From the NCBI GenBank assembly GCA_002189035.1, contig NEEC01000145.1, forward strand, positions 1-40,701: a DNA stretch of 40,701 bases, in the 5' to 3' direction. This stretch comes from Utricularia gibba (Eukaryota > Plantae > Magnoliophyta). Under the pieces are notes generated by a model. It saw only the letters and a program-made list of their open reading frames with translations. It did no database searches and had not been told where the DNA came from. Shown here in pieces: positions 9,174 to 20,725 of the stretch. Numbering within the stretch: position 1 is the first letter of the stretch; each line of letters opens with the position of its first letter. The position numbers were made by a program, and so were the translations under genes.

Positions 9174-12100
9174 GTGATGCATTTATTAACGTTGGGTTTT
9201 CGGCGGCTGCCTACATGCTTTTTTCGAGGAAAAGTTGTCGTTTTTTTGCGGGTGCTGTTGTTGGGAACTTCGTCCGGACCCAAGGTTCGGTCTGACTTCA
9301 CAGCACAATCCGATCCCATTCGACGAAAATCGTGACACCTTTATTGAAGTTAGGATCTCATGACCACCCAAATGGTTTTTTCAACAGCATGCTTTACACT
9401 TGACAAGGCGCTTTTGTGGGTCACCGAGATCGGGCCGGATTCGGGTCGGGCTTGAGCCCAAAGTCAGCTGTAGCCCGGCAAAAGAAGTGATGCATTTATT
9501 AACGTTGGGTTGTCGGCGGCTGCCCACATGGTTTTTCAAGCAACAGCTTGCCATTTAAAGGCGGGTGCTGTCGTTGGGAGCTTTGTCCGGCCCGAGATTC
9601 GGTCTGGCTACTAAGCCCAATCGGGTCGCACTCGACGAAAATCGTAACGCATTTGATGTAGTTAGGATGTCATGAGAACCCCAATGGGTTTTCTCAACAC
9701 TCTGCTATATATTTGAGAAGGCGCCCTCGGAGGGTTTCGGGATTGGGCCAGAGGTCGGGTCGGGCTCAGGCCAATAGTCAGTTGTAGCCCGGAAAATAAG
9801 TGATGCATTTATCAACGATGGGTTTTCGGCGGCTGCCTAAATGGTTTTTCAAGCAACAGCTTGCCGTTTTAAGGTGGGTGCTGTAGTTGGGAGCTTTGTC
9901 AGGGCCCGAGATTCGGTCTGGCTACTAAGCCCAATCGGGTCGTACTCGACGAAATCGTAATGCATTTGCTTTAGTTAGGATGTCATGAGAACCCCAATGG
10001 GTTTTCTCAACACTCTGCTATATATTTGAGAAGGCGCTCTCGGGGGTTTCGGGATTGGGCCAGAGGTCGGGTCGGGCTCAGGCCAATAGTCAGTTGTAGC
10101 CCGGAAAATAAGTGATGCATTTATCAACGATGGGTTTTCGGCGGCTGCCTAAATGGTTTTTCAAGCAATAGCTTGCCGTTTTAAGGCGAGTGCTGTCGTT
10201 GGCAGCTTTGTAGGGCCCAAGGTTCGGTCTGGCTCCTGAGCCCAATCGGGTGCTACTCGATGAAAATCGTGATGCATTTGCTGAAGTTAGGATGTCATGA
10301 GCACCCCAAATGGTTTTCTCAACAACCTGATTTATATTTGAGGAGGCGCTCTAGGCGGGCACCAGTATCGAGCAAATGGTCGAGTCGCGCTCTGGCCCAT
10401 AGTCATTTGTAGCCCGGCCAAAGAAGTGATGCATTTATTAACGTTGGGTTTTCGGCGGCTGCCTACATGCTTTTTGAAGGAAAAGTTGTCGTTTTTTGGC
10501 GGGTGCTGTTGTTGGAACTTTGCCAAGGTTTGGTCTGACTTCACAGCACAATCTCCCATTCGACGAAAATCGTTTTATTGAAGTTAGGATCTCATGACCA
10601 CCCCAAATGGTTTTTTCAACAGCATGCTTTACACTTGACAAGGCGCTTTTGTGGGTCACCGAGATCGGGCCGGATTCGGGTCGGTCTTGAGCCCAAAGTC
10701 AGCTGTAGCCCGGCAAAAGAAGTGATGCATTTATTAACGTTGGGTTGTCGGCGGCTGCCACATGGTTTTTCAAGCAACAGCTTGCCATTTAAAGGCGGGT
10801 GCTGTCGTTGGGAGCTTTGTCCGGCCCGAGATTCGGTCTGGCTACTAAGCCCAATCGGGTCGCACTCGACGAAAATCGTAACGCATTTGATGTAGTTAGG
10901 ATGTCATGAGAACCCCAATGGGTTTTCTCAACACTCTGCTATATATTTGAGAAGGCGCCCTCGGGGGTTTCGGGATTGGGCCAGAGGTCGGGTCGGGCTC
11001 AGGCCATAGTCAGTTGTGGCCCGGAAAATAAGTGATGCATTTATCAACGTTGGGTTTTCGGCGGCTGCCTAAATGGTTTTTCAAGCAACAGCTTGCCGTT
11101 TTAAGGTGGGTGCTGTAGTTGGGAGCTTTGTCAGGGCCCGAGATTCGGTCTGGCTACTAAGCCCAATCGGGTCGTACTCGACGAAATCGTAATGCATTTG
11201 CTTTAGTTAGGATGTCATGAGAACCCCAATGGGTTTTCTCAACACTCTACTTTATATTTCAGAAGGCGCTCTTGGGGGTTTCGGGATTGGGCCAGAGGTC
11301 GGGTCGGGCTATGGCCCATAGTCAGTTGTAGCCCGGAAAATAAGTGATGCATTTATCAACGTTGGGTTTTCGGCGGCTGCCTGAATGGTTTTTCAAGCAA
11401 TAGCTTGCCATTTTAAGGCGGGTGCTGTCGTTGGCAGCTTTGTAAGGGCCCAAGGTTCGGTCTGGCTCCTGAGCCCAATCGGGTGCTACTCGATGAAAAT
11501 CGTGATGCATTTTTTGAAGTTAGGATGTCATGAGCACCCAAATGGTTTTCTCAACAACCTGATTTATATTTGAGGAGGCGCTCTAGGCTGGCACCAGTAT
11601 CGAGCAAATGGTCGAGTCGCGCTCTGGCCCATAGTCATTTGTAGCCCGGCCAAAGAAGTGATGCATTTATTAACGTTGGGTTTTCGGTGGCTGCCTACAT
11701 GCTTTTTGAAGGAAAAGTTGTCGTTTTTTGGCGGGTGCTGTTGTTGGGAACTTTGTGAGGACCCAAGGTTGGTCTGACTTCACAGCACAATCCGATCCCA
11801 TTCGACGAAAATCGTGACACCTTTATTGAAGTTAGGATCTCATGACCACCCCAAATGGTTTTTTCAACAGCATGCTTTACACTTGACAAGGCGCTTTTGT
11901 GGGTCACCGAGATCGGGCCGGATTCGGGTCGGGCTTGAGCCCAAAGTCAGCTGTAGCCCGGCAAAAGAAGTGATGCATTTATTAACGTTGGGTTGTCGGC
12001 GGCTGCCCACATGGTTTTTCAAGCAACAGCTTGCCATTTAAAGGCGGGTGCTGTCGTTGGGAGCTTTGTCCGGCCCGAGATTCGGTCTGGCTACTAAGCC

Positions 12101-15100
12101 CAATCGGGTCGCACTCGACGAAAATCGTAACGCATTTGATGTAGTTAGGATGTCATGAGAACCCCAATGGGTTTTCTCAACACTCTGCTATATATTTGAG
12201 AAGGCGCCCTCGGAGGGTTTCGGGATTGGGCCAGAGGTCGGGTCGGGCTCAGGCCAATAGTCAGTTGTGCCCGGAAAATAAGTGATGCATTTATCAACGT
12301 TGGGTTTTCGGCGGCTGCCTAAATGGTTTTTCAAGCAACAGCTTGCCGTTTTAAGGTGGGTGCTGTAGTTGGGAGCTTTGTCAGGGCCCGAGATTCGGTC
12401 TGGCTACTAAGCCCAATCGGGTCGTACTCGACGAAATCGTAATGCATTTGCTTTAGTTAGGATGTCATGAGAACCCCAATGGGTTTTCTCAACACTCTAC
12501 TTTATATTTGAGAAGGCGCTCTTGGGGGTTTCGGGATTGGGCCAGAGGTCGGGTCGGGCTAGGCCCATAGTCAGTTGTAGCCCGGAAAATAAGTGATGCA
12601 TTTATCAACGTTGGGTTTTCGGCGGCTGCCTAATGGTTTTTCAAGCAATAGCTTGCCATTTTAAGGCGGGTGCTGTCGTTGGCAGCTTTGTAAGGGCCCA
12701 AGGTTCGGTCTGGCTCCTGAGCCCAATCGGGTGCTACTCGATGAAAATCGTGATGCATTTTTTGAAGTTAGGATGTCATGAGCACCCCAAATGGTTTTCT
12801 CAACAACCTGATTTATATTTGAGGAGGCGCTCTAGGCTGGCACCAGTATCGAGCAAATGGTCGAGTCGCGCTCTGGCCCATAGTCATTTGTAGCCCGGCC
12901 AAAAAGTGATGCATTTATTAACGTTGGGTTTTCGGTGGCTGCCTACATGCTTTTTGAAGGAAAAGTTGTCGTTTTTTGGCGGGTGCTGTTGTTGGGAACT
13001 TTGTGAGGACCCAAGGTTTGGTCTGACTTCACAGCACAATCCGTCCCATTCGACGAAAATCGTGACACCTTTATTGAAGTTAGGATCTCATGACCACCCC
13101 AAATGGTTTTTTCAACAGCATGCTTTACACTTGACAAGGCGCTTTTGTGGGTCACCGAGATCGGGCCGGATTCGGGTCGGCTTGAGCCCAAAGTCAGCTG
13201 TAGCCCGGCAAAAGAAGTGATGCATTTATTAACGTTGGGTTGTCGGCGGCTGCCCACATGGTTTTTCAAGCAACAGCTTGCCATTTAAAGGCGGGTGCTG
13301 TCGTTGGGAGCTTTGTCCGGCCCGAGATTCGGTCTGGCTACTAAGCCCAATCGGGTCGCACTCGACGAAAATCGTAACGCATTTGATGTAGTTAGGATGT
13401 CATGAGAACCCCAATGGGTTTTCTCAACACTCTGCTATATATTTGAGAAGGCGCCCTCGGGGGTTTCGGGATTGGGCCAGAGGTCGGGTCGGGCTCAGGC
13501 CCATAGTCAGTTGTGGCCCGGAAAATAAGTGATGCATTTATCAACGTTGGGTTTTCGGCGGCTGCCTAAATGGTTTTTCAAGCAACAGCTTGCCGTTTTA
13601 AGGTGGGTGCTGTAGTTGGGAGCTTTGTCAGGGCCCGAGATTCGGTCTGGCTACTAAGCCCAATCGGGTCGTACTCGACGAAATCGTAATGCATTTGCTT
13701 TATTTAGGATGTCATGAGAACCCCAATGGGTTTTCTCAACACTCTACTTTATATTTCAGAAGGCGCTCTTGGGGGTTTCGGGATTGGGCCAGAGGTCGGG
13801 TCGGGCTATGGCCCATAGTCAGTTGAAGCCCGGAAAATAAGTGATGCATTTATCAACGTTGGGTTTTCGGCGGCTGCCTGAATGGTTTTTCAAGCAATAG
13901 CTTGCCATTTTAAGGCGGGTGCTGTCGTTGGCAGCTTTGTAAGGGCCCAAGGTTCGGTCTGGCTCCTGAGCCCAATCGGGTGCTACTCGATGAAAATCGT
14001 GATGCATTTTTTGAAGTTAGGATGTCATGAGCACCCCAAATGGTTTTCTCAACAACCTGATTTATATTTGAGGAGGCGCTCTAGGCTGGCACTAGTATCG
14101 AGCAAATGGTCGAGTCGCGCTCTGGCCCATAGTCATTTGTAGCCCGGCCAAAAAGTGATGCATTTATTAACGTTGGGTTTTCGGCGGCTGCCTACATGCT
14201 TTTTTCGAGGAAAAGTTGTCGTTTTTTTGCGGGTGCTGTTGTTGGGAACTTCGTCCGGACCCAAGGTTCGGTCTGACTTCACAGCACAATCCGATCCCAT
14301 TCGACGAAAATCGTGACACCTTTATTGAAGTTAGGATCTCATGACCACCCCAAATGGTTTTTTCAACAGCATGCTTTACACTTGACAAGGCGCTTTTGTG
14401 GGTCACCGAGATCGGGCCGGATTCGGGTCGGCTTGAGCCCAAAGTCAGCTGTAGCCCGGCAAAAGAAGTGATGCATTTATTAACGTTGGGTTGTCGGCGG
14501 CTGCCCACATGGTTTTTCAAGCAACAGCTTGCCATTTAAAGGCGGGTGCTGTCGTTGGGAGCTTTGTCCGGCCCGAGATTCGGTCTGGCTACTAAGCCCA
14601 ATCGGGTCGCACTCGACGAAAATCGTAACGCATTTGATGTAGTTAGGATGTCATGAGAACCCCAATGGGTTTTCTCAACACTCTGCTATATATTTGAGAA
14701 GGCGCCCTCGGAGGGTTTCGGGATTGGGCCAGAGGTCGGGTCGGGCTCAGGCCAATAGTCAGTTGTAGCCCGGAAAATAAGTGATGCATTTATCAACGAT
14801 GGGTTTTCGGCGGCTGCCTAAATGGTTTTTCAAGCAACAGCTTGCCGTTTTAAGGTGGGTGCTGTAGTTGGGAGCTTTGTCAGGGCCCGAGATTCGGTCT
14901 GGCTACTAAGCCCAATCGGGTCGTACTCGACGAAATCGTAATGCATTTGCTTTAGTTAGGATGTCATGAGAACCCCAATGGGTTTTCTCAACACTCTGCT
15001 ATATATTTGAGAAGGCGCTCTCGGGGGTTTCGGGATTGGGCCAGAGGTCGGGTCGGGCTCAGGCCAATAGTCAGTTGTAGCCCGGAAAATAAGTGATGCA

Positions 15101-15407
15101 TTTATCAACGATGGGTTTTCGGCGGCTGCCTAAATGGTTTTTCAAGCAATAGCTTGCCGTTTTAAGGCGAGTGCTGTCGTTGGCAGCTTTGTTAGGGCCC
15201 AAGGTTCGGTCTGGCTCCTGAGCCCAATCGGGTGCTACTCGATGAAAATCGTGATGCATTTGCTGAAGTTAGGATGTCATGAGCACCCCAAATGGTTTTC
15301 TCAACAACCTGATTTATATTTGAGGAGGCGCTCTAGGCGGGCACCAGTATCGAGCAAATGGTCGAGTCGCGCTCTGGCCCATAGTCATTTGTAGCCCGGC
15401 CAAAAAA
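9174..15407 (+). repeat. Block of five 4-mer HORs A-B-C-D/D' (units start 9174, 10426, 11658, 12906, 14155)
   Basis: A-to-A spacings are 1252, 1232, 1248, 1249 and 1253 bp. Confidence 0.88.
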
Positions 15408-16344
15408 GTGATGCATTTATTAACGTTGGGTTTTCGGTGGCTGCCTACATGCTTTTTGAAGGAAAAGTTGTCGTTTTTTGGCGGGTGCTGTTGTTGGGAA
15501 CTTTGTGAGGACCCAAGGTTTGGTCTGACTTCACAGCACAATCTGTTCCCATTCGACGAAAATCGTGATACCTTTATTGAAGTTAGGATCTCATGACCAC
15601 CCAAATGGTTTTTTCAACAGCATGCTTTACACTTGACAAGGCGCTTTTGTGGGTCACCGAGATCGGGCCGGATTCGGGTCGGTCTTGAGCCCAAAGTCAG
15701 CTGTAGCCCGGCAAAAGAAGTGATGCATTTATTAACGTTGGGTTGTCGGCGGCTGCCCACATGGTTTTTCAAGCAACAGCTTGCCATTTAAAGGCGGGTG
15801 CTGTCGTGGGAGCTTTGTCCGGCCCGAGATTCGGTCTGGCTACTAAGCCCAATCGGGTCGCACTCGACGAAAATCGTAATGCATTTGTTGTAGTTAGGAT
15901 GTCATGAGAACCCCAATGGGTTTTCTCAACACTCTGCTATATATTTGAGAAGGCGCTCTTGGGGGGTTTCAGGATTGGGCCAGAGGTCGGGTCGGGCTCA
16001 GGCCCATAGTCAGTTGTGGCCCGGAAAATAAGTGATGCATTTATCAACGTTGGGTTTTCGGCGGCTGCCTAAATGGTTTTTCAAGCAACAGCTTGCCGTT
16101 TTAAGGTGGGTGCTGTAGTTGGGAGCTTTGTCAGGGCCCGAGATTCGGTCTGGCTACTAAGCCCAATCGGGTCGTACTCGACGAAATCGTATGCATTCGC
16201 TTTAGTTAGGATGTCATGAGAACCCCAAATGGTTTTCTCAACAACCTGATTTATATTTGAGGAGGCGCTCTAGGCGGGCTCCAGTATCGAGCAAATGGTC
16301 GAGTCGCGCTCTGGCCCATAGTCATTTGTAGCCCGGCCAAAGAA
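15408..16344 (+). repeat. 3-mer HOR A2-B-E (937 bp). Further 3-mers at 25094-26028, 32856-33787, 36285-37217 and 39720-40651
   Basis: A2 is diagnosed by TTCGGTGGCTG, TTTTGAAGGAAAAG, TTTGTGAGGACCCAAGGTTTGG, CTGTTCCC and GTGATACC. The third monomer has a C head and a D tail. Confidence 0.9.
16032..16344 (+). repeat. Hybrid monomer E (C 5' part fused to D 3' part)
   Basis: C-type up to GTCATGAGAACCCC, D-type from AAATGGTTTTCTCAACAACCTG. Private variants CGTATGCATTCGC and GCGGGCTCCAGT are also present at 25718. Confidence 0.9.
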
Positions 16345-19300
16345 GTGATGCATTTATTAACGTTGGGTTTTCGGTGGCTGCCTACATGCTTTTTGAAGGA
16401 AAAGTTGTCGTTTTTTGGCGGGTGCTGTTGTTGGGAACTTTGTGAGGACCCAAGGTTTGGTCTGACTTCACAGCACAATCTGTTCCCATTCGACGAAAAT
16501 CGTGATACCTTTATTGAAGTTAGGATCTCATGACCACCCCAAATGGTTTTTTCAACAGCATGCTTTACACTTGACAAGGCGCTTTTGTGGTCACCGAGAT
16601 CGGGCCGGATTCGGGTCGGGCTTGAGCCCATAGTCAGCTGTAGCCCGGCAAAAGAAGTGATGCATTTATTAACGTTGGGTTGTCGGCGGCTGCCCACATG
16701 GTTTTTCAAGCAACAGCTTGCCATTTAAAGGCGGGTGCTGTCGTTGGGAGCTTTGTCCGGCCCGAGATTCGGTCTGGCTACTAAGCCCAATCGGGTCGCA
16801 CTCGACGAAAATCGTAACGCATTTGATGTAGTTAGGATGTCATGAGAACCCCAATGGGTTTTCTCAACACTCTGCTATATATTTGAGAAGGCGCCCTCGG
16901 AGGGTTTCGGGATTGGGCCAGAGGTCGGGTCGGGCTCAGGCCAATAGTCAGTTGTAGCCCGGAAAATAAGTGATGCATTTATCAACGATGGGTTTTCGGC
17001 GGCTGCCTAAATGGTTTTTCAAGCAACAGCTTGCCGTTTTAAGGTGGGTGCTGTAGTTGGGAGCTTTGTCAGGGCCCGAGATTCGGTCTGGCTACTAAGC
17101 CCAATCGGGTCGTACTCGACGAAATCGTAATGCATTTGCTTTAGTTAGGATGTCATGAGAACCCCAATGGGTTTTCTCAACACTCTGCTATATATTTGAG
17201 AAGGCGCTCTCGGGGGTTTCGGGATTGGGCCAGAGGTCGGGTCGGGCTCAGGCCAATAGTCAGTTGTAGCCCGGAAAATAAGTGATGCATTTATCAACGA
17301 TGGGTTTTCGGCGGCTGCCTAAATGGTTTTTCAAGCAATAGCTTGCCGTTTTAAGGCGAGTGCTGTCGTTGGCAGCTTTGTTAGGGCCCAAGGTTCGGTC
17401 TGGCTCCTGAGCCCAATCGGGTGCTACTCGATGAAAATCGTGATGCATTTGCTGAAGTTAGGATGTCATGAGCACCCCAAATGGTTTTCTCAACAACCTG
17501 ATTTATATTTGAGGAGGCGCTCTAGGCGGGCACCAGTATCGAGCAAATGGTCGAGTCGCGCTCTGGCCCATAGTCATTTGTAGCCTGGCCAAAAAAGTGA
17601 TGCATTTATTAACGTTGGGTTGTCGGCGGCTGCCCACATGGTTTTTCAAGCAACAGCTTGCCATTTAAAGGCGGGTGCTGTCGTTGGGAGCTTTGTCCGG
17701 CCCGAGATTCGGTCTGGCTACTAAGCCCAATCGGGTCGCACTCGACGAAAATCGTAACGCATTTGCTGTAGTTAGGATGTCATGAGAACCCCAATGGGTT
17801 TTCTCAACACTCTACTTTATATTTCAGAAGGCGCTCTTGGGGGGTTTCAGGATTGGGCCAGAGGTCGGGTCGGGCTCAGGCCCATAGTCAGTTGTGGCCC
17901 GGAAAATAAGTGATGCATTATCAACGTTGGGTTTTCGGCGGCTGCCTAAATGGTTTTTCAAGCAACAGCTTGCCGTTTTAAGGTGGGTGCTGTAGTTGGG
18001 AGCTTTGTCAGGGCCCGAGATTCGGTCTGGCTACTAAGCCCAATCGGGTCGTACTCGACGAAATCGTAATGCATTTGCTTTAGTTAGGATGTCATGAGAA
18101 CCCCAATGGGTTTTCTCAACACTCTACTTTATATTTCAGAAGGCGCTCTTGGGGGTTTCGGGATTGGGCCAGAGGTCGGGTCGGGCTATGGCCCATAGTC
18201 AGTTGTAGCCCGGAAAATAAGTGATGCATTTATCAACGTTGGGTTTTCGGCGGCTGCCTGAATGGTTTTTCAAGCAATAGCTTGCCATTTTAAGGCGGGT
18301 GCTGTCGTTGGCAGCTTTGTAAGGGCCCAAGGTTCGGTCTGGCTCCTGAGCCCAATCGGGTGCTACTCGATGAAAATCGTGATGCATTTTTTGAAGTTAG
18401 GATGTCATGAGCACCCCAAATGGTTTTCTCAACAACCTGATTTATATTTGAGGAGGCGCTCTAGGCTGGCACTAGTATCGAGCAAATGGTCGAGTCGTGC
18501 TCTGGCCCATAGTCATTTGTAGCCCGGCCAAAAAAGTGATGCATTTATTAACGTTGGGTTTTCGGTGGCTGCCTACATGCTTTTTTCGAGGAAAAGTTGT
18601 CGTTTTTTTGCGGGTGCTGTTGTTGGGAACTTCGTCCGGACCCAAGGTTCGGTCTGACTTCACAGCACAATCGATCCCATTCGACGAAAATCGTGACACC
18701 TTTATTGAAGTTAGGATCTCATGACCACCCAAATGGTTTTTTCAACAGCATGCTTTACACTTGACAAGGCGCTTTTGTGGGTCACCGAGATCGGGCCGGA
18801 TTCGGGTCGGGCTTGAGCCCATAGTCAGCTGTAGCCCGGCAAAAGAAGTGATGCATTTATTAACGTTGGGTTGTCGGCGGCTGCCCACATGGTTTTTCAA
18901 GCAACAGCTTGCCATTTAAAGGCGGGTGCTGTCGTTGGGAGCTTTGTCCGGCCCGAGATTCGGTCTGGCTACTAAGCCCAATCGGGTCGCACTCGACGAA
19001 AATCGTAACGCATTTGATGTAGTTAGGATGTCATGAGAACCCCAATGGGTTTTCTCAACACTCTGTTTATATTTGAGAAGGCGCTCTTGGGGGTTTCGGG
19101 ATTGGGCCAGAGGTCGGGTCGGGCTCAGGCCAATAGTCAGTTGTAGCCCGGAAAATAAGTGATGCATTTATCAACGATGGGTTTTCGGCGGCTGCCTAAA
19201 TGGTTTTTCAAGCAACAGCTTGCCGTTTTAAGGTGGGTGCTGTAGTTGGGAGCTTTGTCAGGGCCCGAGATTCGGTCTGGCTACTAAGCCCAATCGGGTC

Positions 19301-20725
19301 GTACTCGACGAAATCGTAATGCATTTGCTTTAGTTAGGATGTCATGAGAACCCCAATGGGTTTTCTCAACACTCTGCTATATATTTGAGAAGGCGCTCTC
19401 GGAGGGTTTCGGGATTGGGCCAGAGGTCGGGTCGGGCTCAGGCCAATAGTCAGTTGTAGCCCGGAAAATAAGTGATGCATTTATCAACGATGGGTTTTCG
19501 GCGGCTGCCTAAATGGTTTTTCAAGCAATAGCTTGCCGTTTTAAGGCGAGTGCTGTCGTTGGCAGCTTTGTTAGGGCCCAAGGTTCGGTCTGGCTCCTGA
19601 GCCCAATCGGGTGCTACTCGATGAAAATCGTGATGCATTTGCTGAAGTTAGGATGTCATGAGCACCCCAAATGGTTTTCTCAACAACCTGATTTATATTT
19701 GAGGAGGCGCTCTAGGCGGGCACCAGTATCGAGCAAATGGTCGAGTCGCGCTCTGGCCCATAGTCATTTGTAGCCTGGCCAAAAAAGTGATGCATTTATT
19801 AACGTTGGGTTGTCGGCGGCTGCCCACATGGTTTTTCAAGCAACAGCTTGCCATTTAAAGGCGGGTGCTGTCGTTGGGAGCTTTGTCCGGCCCGAGATTC
19901 GGTCTGGCTACTAAGCCCAATCGGGTCGCACTCGACGAAAATCGTAACGCATTTGCTGTAGTTAGGATGTCATGAGAACCCCAATGGGTTTTCTCAACAC
20001 TCTACTTTATATTTCAGAAGGCGCTCTTGGGGGTTTCAGGATTGGGCCAGAGGTCGGGTCGGGCTCAGGCCCATAGTCAGTTGTGGCCCGGAAAATAAGT
20101 GATGCATTTATCAACGTTGGGTTTTCGGCGGCTGCCTAAATGGTTTTTCAAGCAACAGCTTGCCGTTTTAAGGTGGGTGCTGTAGTTGGGAGCTTTGTCA
20201 GGGCCCGAGATTCGGTCTGGCTACTAAGCCCAATCGGGTCGTACTCGACGAAATCGTAATGCATTTGCTTTAGTTAGGATGTCATGAGAACCCCAATGGG
20301 TTTTCTCAACACTCTACTTTATATTTCAGAAGGCGCTCTTGGGGGTTTCGGGATTGGGCCAGAGGTCGGGTCGGGCTATGGCCCATAGTCAGTTGAAGCC
20401 CGGAAAATAAGTGATGCATTTATCAACGTTGGGTTTTCGGCGGCTGCCTGAATGGTTTTTCAAGCAATAGCTTGCCATTTTAAGGCGGGTGCTGTCGTTG
20501 GCAGCTTTGTAAGGGCCCAAGGTTCGGTCTGGCTCCTGAGCCCAATCGGGTGCTACTCGATGAAAATCGTGATGCATTTTTTGAAGTTAGGATGTCATGA
20601 GCACCCCAAATGGTTTTCTCAACAACCTGATTTATATTTGAGGAGGCGCTCTAGGCTGGCACTAGTATCGAGCAAATGGTCGAGTCGCGCTCTGGCCCAT
20701 AGTCATTTGTAGCCCGGCCAAAAAA
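16345..20725 (+). repeat. Two 7-mer HORs (units start 16345 with A2 and 18536 with A1)
   Basis: Spacings are 2191 and 2190 bp. Monomer starts: 16345, 16657, 16970, 17282, 17597, 17910, 18221 and 18536, 18848, 19159, 19472, 19787, 20099, 20411. Confidence 0.92.
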
